A stretch of 64,000 bases of DNA from Salipiger bermudensis. GTDB taxonomy: Archaea > Thermoplasmatota > Poseidoniia > Poseidoniales > Poseidoniaceae. Below the pieces are notes generated by a model. It ran no database searches and was not told where the DNA came from. It saw only the letters and a list, made by a program, of their open reading frames with translations. The first letter of the stretch is position 1. Each line of letters starts with the position of its first letter. Location of the stretch: NCBI GenBank assembly GCA_964227855.1, contig CAXQWT010000040.1, forward strand, positions 2,548 through 66,547. Reading direction: 5' to 3'. The position numbers were made by a program, and so were the translations under genes. Positions 59,002 to 64,000 of this stretch are shown here, in pieces.

Positions 59002-59976
59002 ATGACCACGTTCCCAGATGTTCATCGAATCATCGCCGATTCAGATTTAGACGGAATGTGCGCTGCAGTCGTGTTAAAGAAAGCATATCCGAATGCTGAG
59101 GTTCACTTTGCTCACGCTGCTCTGATCCGCTCAGGGATTCTTGACCATCTCATCGACGAACAAACAGTCACGGTTGACCTCCCATTTCACCCAAACAGTG
59201 GTTGGTATCTCGATCATCACCTGACCAACAAACCAACAGAGTTGGAGCATGATGAATTCACCTCAAAAGGCGGAATTGTTCACTGGGACCATGCTCCTTC
59301 TGCGGCCCGACTTGCATTCGAACTGTTTCGGGAAGAATTCAACTTCCCTCATCTTGAAGCCATCATGCCCCTTGTAGACGACCTTGACTCAGGAGGCATT
59401 TCATTGAACACATTCCTTGAGGATGGCCCCCTTCTTCAACTCTCACGCACATTGAATTACAACGACGCATCATACATGCACCACCTTCTTTCCCTGTTTC
59501 AAAATTGTACGTCGATGGATGAAATCTATGCGGATGATGCAGTAATGGAACGAATGAATGAAGCACGCGAATCCCGACAGGAATTATTGAGATTGGTTCA
59601 AGAAAAGACTACAATTGTCAACCGTCTAGCAATCTGTCGTCTTGAAAATACAGGTCATCGGTCAAACGGGTATCTCATTACTGCACATGCTGGTGCGGAT
59701 GCCGATGCCTGTTGCATCATTCATGGATACTCTGATGGCGAAATTGGCGATAAATCACGACCTCCACTTTCTGCTAGTTTCTATGCAAACTCGTTCCTCC
59801 CAGAAGGTCAAAATCGCTACGATCTCTCTCGTCTAGCAACAGAATTTGATCCTCATGGAGGTGGTCATGCGAATGCCTGTGGCTGCCGAATACAAGCCCC
59901 TGGTATCGACTCTAATCTTTCGAGATGGATGGAGATGTGGAACAATCGTGATGTTGATTTGAAGTATCACAATTAG
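59002..59976 (+). CDS. DHH/DHHA1 family phosphoesterase (NrnA-like)
   Basis: DSDLDG, VDLP, LDHH, PSAARL, DLDSG and GGGHANACG. Confidence 0.85.
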   Translation: MTTFPDVHRIIADSDLDGMCAAVVLKKAYPNAEVHFAHAALIRSGILDHLIDEQTVTVDLPFHPNSGWYLDHHLTNKPTELEHDEFTSKGGIVHWDHAPSAARLAFELFREEFNFPHLEAIMPLVDDLDSGGISLNTFLEDGPLLQLSRTLNYNDASYMHHLLSLFQNCTSMDEIYADDAVMERMNEARESRQELLRLVQEKTTIVNRLAICRLENTGHRSNGYLITAHAGADADACCIIHGYSDGEIGDKSRPPLSASFYANSFLPEGQNRYDLSRLATEFDPHGGGHANACGCRIQAPGIDSNLSRWMEMWNNRDVDLKYHN

Positions 59977-60437
59977 ATGACTTGGAACGTGTAAATGAGG
60001 CCAAGAAAGGCGTGAATCATCACCAAAGCCATCACCATATCAGAAGCTCGACCGTGCTTTGTTCGTTCAACGGAAAACGATTCATTGTTCTCTTTCAACT
60101 CTGCAGTTCGTCGTCCATGGCGTACAACCAGCCAAAGAAGCACTAGGCCAATTGGTCCAGAGAAGCCGTGAATGTTCTGCGGCAAAAGGTCGGAAGTCCA
60201 ATCGTCGTCAACAATGAACCCCGATACGGCACGGGCGAAGAATGCAATGAGTGCCAAGCAAATCCCCGACCATAGAAGCCATTCTCCGTGTCGCTGATGG
60301 CGAGCAAGCGCTTCTTTACGCTCTTCTCCCCGAAGGGCCATTCCTTTTTTTCTCCAGCCATATTGACGAACGAGCCAGAAAACAAATGCCGTCGCAAGAA
60401 TTGGGTGAATGAGCATAATCACCGTTCGCGTCACCAT
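59973..60437 (-). CDS. DUF4079-like four-TM membrane protein with His residues (cytochrome b561-like)
   Basis: IHP, RHQRHG, IHG, KHG and IHAFLG distributed over four TMs. Start ATG 60437. Confidence 0.7.
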   Translation of the reverse strand: MVTRTVIMLIHPILATAFVFWLVRQYGWRKKGMALRGEERKEALARHQRHGEWLLWSGICLALIAFFARAVSGFIVDDDWTSDLLPQNIHGFSGPIGLVLLWLVVRHGRRTAELKENNESFSVERTKHGRASDMVMALVMIHAFLGLIYTFQVI

Positions 60438-60551
60438 ATGCTCTCCCACTGTTTCTTCCGATGAAAGGGAGACTTGAATGCGTTTCTCTTGTGCTTGTGA
60501 CTTCGGCGGTGAGTTCAAAGGTTGAATGTCGAGGGAATGTTGGGGGGGGCA

Positions 60552-63500
60552 ATGCAAGAATCCTATCTTGAGGCATGTCTTGAAGTCGGATTCAAGACAA
60601 TTAAGAATCGACGGCTAAACGCTGTCGGTAAATGCCCTGAGTTCACACTGATGGACAAACCGTGGAAAGAACTGGTGAAACTCGCGGTTCTTGAGACCGA
60701 AATTCCAGGGCAAGATGAAGATGGCGAGACCATCGCACCATCACCTCGATTTCGACGTGGTCGCCGTCGAGGCCGTCAACAATCGACCATCCCCTCACCA
60801 GAGGACATTCAAGCCATGGGCGATGAATCAGCAGCTCTGCGCTTTGCCCTCCTTCTTGTCAACAAATTCTTGCATATCGATCAATGGTCTGAGGAAGACC
60901 ATGCTCCTCTTGAATCAGAATTACGAAATGCATGTCTTGACAAAGGCGTGCACCCTGTTTGGCATGAGATGGCTAAACGAAGCAATCTTTTCGGTCAATT
61001 TTCTGCATTCCCTGTCCTTGAATCGAAGGCAACATCGTCGAAGAAAAAACTTGACTTGTCAGAAATTGCCATCGATCCATTCGATGTATCATCGTGTCTA
61101 GATGTATTAAAATCAATTCCTGATGAGCAGTACAGCGCAGAAGATCTCGTCGCAATGAAGCGTCTCGTCAAGCGACTGTCCTCAGGTAAATGGCCAAATG
61201 TAGAATCAAATCTTCTCGATTTTGAAGGGAACCTTTCGCTTGTGTCCTTGTTGATTGCACTCAATACGAATGCACCGACAGATTCTATCCTTGAGCGACT
61301 TCGCAAAGCCAACAAATCACTTGCTGAAAGGTACGAATTGGCCATGATTCTTACCGGCGATACAATTGATTGGAACGATGATTACCTCTCACAAAACGAT
61401 GATGACCTAGGGCAGGCTCTTCTCAAATTGGCTTGGATGAACGGCCCATTGGAACATATGAATCCTTCAACAGCGCAGTTGGAAATCGGTCTTGACCTCC
61501 TCGTCAACGAACAAGCTCCAACCAGTCGAGTCGATGTCGTGCGTTGGAAAATGCTCCAGTGTTATGTTGTCGAGGAGCGAAGTGACGATGCCCTTGAAAT
61601 CATCAAGACGATTTCTCTCGAACATGATTCAGATGCTTCAGAATTGTTACCACTCTTAATTCAACTCGGTAATGATGAGGCATATGCATGGCTTGAGATG
61701 AACATGAGCAACATCGACGAGGGAGGATTGGTTTCCATCGCCCAAGAAGACGCCTTGCCATTACCGTTGCGTGCTGGGGCCCTGGTTTTGCTCAAGGAAC
61801 AGAATGGTGAAGGGTGGATGGAGTTACAATCTCTAGCCGTACACATATTCGTTCAGACACTCAACCTGGATGAATTAGCGACCATTCTGATTGATGATGA
61901 TGTTGCCATTCCTTCCCATCCTCATGAGACACTCATCGTCGCCCACCTTTTGAGCGCTTATCATGATGAGAACATCTGGAAGGCAGCACGAGAAGCTCGA
62001 AAGAAGGCTTTGCAAATGATTCAATCCACCGATGTACCCTCATCCATCAACGATGACGAACACAAACTTCTGCTCCTTCTCGAGGGTCGAATTGAAGAAT
62101 CTGTTGGCAAACTAAAGTTGACGGATACCCTTCCAAAAAAGGGCATCAAAGCCGTCAATCAAATTGTCAATGCTCTCTCTTCAGGAGGATCTCATCTTGT
62201 GGATGAAAAGCATCTCAGCAATATCATTGAATCCTTAGAAGAAAGCGAAATGACGGGAATGGGAGAAGCTCTCCTTCGAACAATTGTTTCGAAACTGCGC
62301 CTCAACAATGCCCGCCTTTCACTTGAACGAGGAGATGACTCAAACCAAGTGATTGCAACACTTGAGTCTGTCTTGAGTCAACCATCAATCCCGTACCCAA
62401 TTGTCGATGGAGTTCGCGAATTAATGTATGAGTTCGATCTTGGAATTTCTTCTCTTGTCCAATGGTATCAAGCCAACCATCAGCGTTCTATCTGGGCGTT
62501 GCTTGCTCAAGCAACCCTTGAGGCTTCCCAAGGCAAAAATCTCTCTGCAGCACGTTTGTTCAAACGTTCAGCAGATTCAGGTGAATTTGCCTATGATGAA
62601 GAGATTATGCTTTACCGAAAGGCACTAATCCACTTCGCATTCGATAAGAAATGGGGAGAAGCCAAGCAACTCCTTTCAGAACATCCGAATTTGCGTGCGG
62701 CAATCACGAAGCGTTTCCAACTCTATCTTGACGTATCACACAAAGCTTCGATACAAGAGACGGCGAAGGCTACGTCGATGCTCAAAAACTTCGTCAAACG
62801 GCAAGAAATCATTGTTGAGGAAACGGAAGAAGGTGAGAAAACAAGAACCAAGACGATCTTCAAAGAAGATGAACTCGACTTGCTCCATACCTACCCCGAC
62901 GAACATCCTAAACCGCTGCCAAGGGAACCATTCACAGGGCGACTTCTTGCTGCGACAAATGCATTGCAGCGAGATTACAGGACGCAGAGTTCGAAGTCGT
63001 TTGACCGCCGATATCGTGACATCATGGTTATGCGAAATCCAGAGGCAATGGAAGTCCATACCCTCGCTCAACAAGCGAGCGAGACATCTCCTCTTGATGC
63101 ACTCCGTATCCTAGAGCGTGCACAGTTGTCTGGACGTTTCCAAGATCGAAACAAATCGTTTGCAAATTTGGAATTGATGTTGTTCCGCCGCCACCAATCA
63201 GAAATTCGCACATCTGATCGCCGATATCTCAGGCATCTTCCACTCAAGCCACTTGTATTGGTGGACACAAACATTGTCATCGATGCCTTGTATCAAAGAC
63301 TTCAACAGCGTCTAAATCGATCAAATCATTTTGAAGATTCAACCAATCAACGCTCCCATTTTGCGGGCTATCTGCTTTACCTAGCAGCTAATGACAAGGT
63401 AGATCTGTGTTTGCCGAAGGTTGTGCGAAGCGAAGTCGAGAACATCGCTCGGTCGATCGATGACATCCGGTCACGATTCGAGAATGCGCTGGTTGACAGT

Positions 63501-63941
63501 GAGATTTTGGAATCAACCATGTCGACTGAGAATATGAAAAAGATTGTTGCTGAAGTCATTTCTGAATTTAGTACATGGGAAGGAAATACAGATGAAATTG
63601 AAGAAGAAGCTGTAAGTGAGGACGTTAAGGCTTCGATGAATGAATTCTTAACCCAGCACAATGAGATTTACGATGAATTAACAAAGATGCGTCAACATTA
63701 CCAAGGAAAGAACATCCGAACAGAAATTGATGGTAAGAAGATATATCCACAACATCCAGATCGAAAAATTATGCAGTACGCTGCCGTCCTTTCCAACAGG
63801 CCTATCGACGACGTTGGCTCAATTGTAGTCGCAACTCATGATGGTGATTTCACCGTTGTTGCCCGCGCCTTCGAGGAGAAGTTTGGTTTCGGAATTGCAA
63901 AGAACAGTCGAACACTGAAGCAATGGCTTCGTGAATCATGA
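60552..63941 (+). CDS. Large alpha-helical (TPR-like) protein with C-terminal PIN domain
   Basis: C-terminal LVLVDTNIVIDAL...VRSEVE...HPDRKI...VATHDGDF; preceding ~900 aa are helical repeat-like. Confidence 0.8.
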   Translation: MQESYLEACLEVGFKTIKNRRLNAVGKCPEFTLMDKPWKELVKLAVLETEIPGQDEDGETIAPSPRFRRGRRRGRQQSTIPSPEDIQAMGDESAALRFALLLVNKFLHIDQWSEEDHAPLESELRNACLDKGVHPVWHEMAKRSNLFGQFSAFPVLESKATSSKKKLDLSEIAIDPFDVSSCLDVLKSIPDEQYSAEDLVAMKRLVKRLSSGKWPNVESNLLDFEGNLSLVSLLIALNTNAPTDSILERLRKANKSLAERYELAMILTGDTIDWNDDYLSQNDDDLGQALLKLAWMNGPLEHMNPSTAQLEIGLDLLVNEQAPTSRVDVVRWKMLQCYVVEERSDDALEIIKTISLEHDSDASELLPLLIQLGNDEAYAWLEMNMSNIDEGGLVSIAQEDALPLPLRAGALVLLKEQNGEGWMELQSLAVHIFVQTLNLDELATILIDDDVAIPSHPHETLIVAHLLSAYHDENIWKAAREARKKALQMIQSTDVPSSINDDEHKLLLLLEGRIEESVGKLKLTDTLPKKGIKAVNQIVNALSSGGSHLVDEKHLSNIIESLEESEMTGMGEALLRTIVSKLRLNNARLSLERGDDSNQVIATLESVLSQPSIPYPIVDGVRELMYEFDLGISSLVQWYQANHQRSIWALLAQATLEASQGKNLSAARLFKRSADSGEFAYDEEIMLYRKALIHFAFDKKWGEAKQLLSEHPNLRAAITKRFQLYLDVSHKASIQETAKATSMLKNFVKRQEIIVEETEEGEKTRTKTIFKEDELDLLHTYPDEHPKPLPREPFTGRLLAATNALQRDYRTQSSKSFDRRYRDIMVMRNPEAMEVHTLAQQASETSPLDALRILERAQLSGRFQDRNKSFANLELMLFRRHQSEIRTSDRRYLRHLPLKPLVLVDTNIVIDALYQRLQQRLNRSNHFEDSTNQRSHFAGYLLYLAANDKVDLCLPKVVRSEVENIARSIDDIRSRFENALVDSEILESTMSTENMKKIVAEVISEFSTWEGNTDEIEEEAVSEDVKASMNEFLTQHNEIYDELTKMRQHYQGKNIRTEIDGKKIYPQHPDRKIMQYAAVLSNRPIDDVGSIVVATHDGDFTVVARAFEEKFGFGIAKNSRTLKQWLRES

Positions 63942-63998
63942 GCGTTGCCAAACCGCTCTGAACCTTAGGTGTTCTTCGTCTTGATATTGAACGACTGA
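63936..63998 (-). CDS. Possible 3' end of a gene extending beyond the window
   Basis: Open frame ...SVVQYQDEEHLRFRAVWQRS* whose stop overlaps the PIN gene stop, like other convergent pairs in this window. Confidence 0.35.
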   Translation of the reverse strand, partial: SVVQYQDEEHLRFRAVWQRS

Positions 63999-64000
63999 CA

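Overview
Gene-dense archaeal chromosomal segment with about 42 CDS and many 1-40 bp overlaps. It carries archaeal markers (MCM, GatE, Trm1, PAC2, RaSEA, Pth2, a TFB paralogue) alongside bacterial-type genes (MaeB, RlmH, PabB-PabA/PabC, AddAB-like helicase-nuclease) and two giant secreted beta-propeller/FN3 surface proteins. This mixture suggests Marine Group II Euryarchaeota (Poseidoniales); that placement is an inference from gene content. I saw no rRNA, tRNA, CRISPR array or mobile element. Best leads: (1) a membrane protein that follows the cbb3 oxidase subunit I (CcoN) pattern but appears to lack all metal-ligand histidines and is fused to two EF-hands; (2) a likely cobalamin-capture module (beta-propeller + transcobalamin-like DUF4430 protein followed by a CbrT-like ECF S component, with PduO elsewhere in the window); (3) an ORB (Orc1/Cdc6-binding) element with dyad symmetry directly upstream of mcm; (4) a divergent TFB head-to-head with an AddAB-like pair across a perfect palindrome; (5) a 1130-aa helical protein with an intact PIN domain next to Nudix and DHH enzymes. 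All family assignments come from motif recognition by eye; no database search was run.
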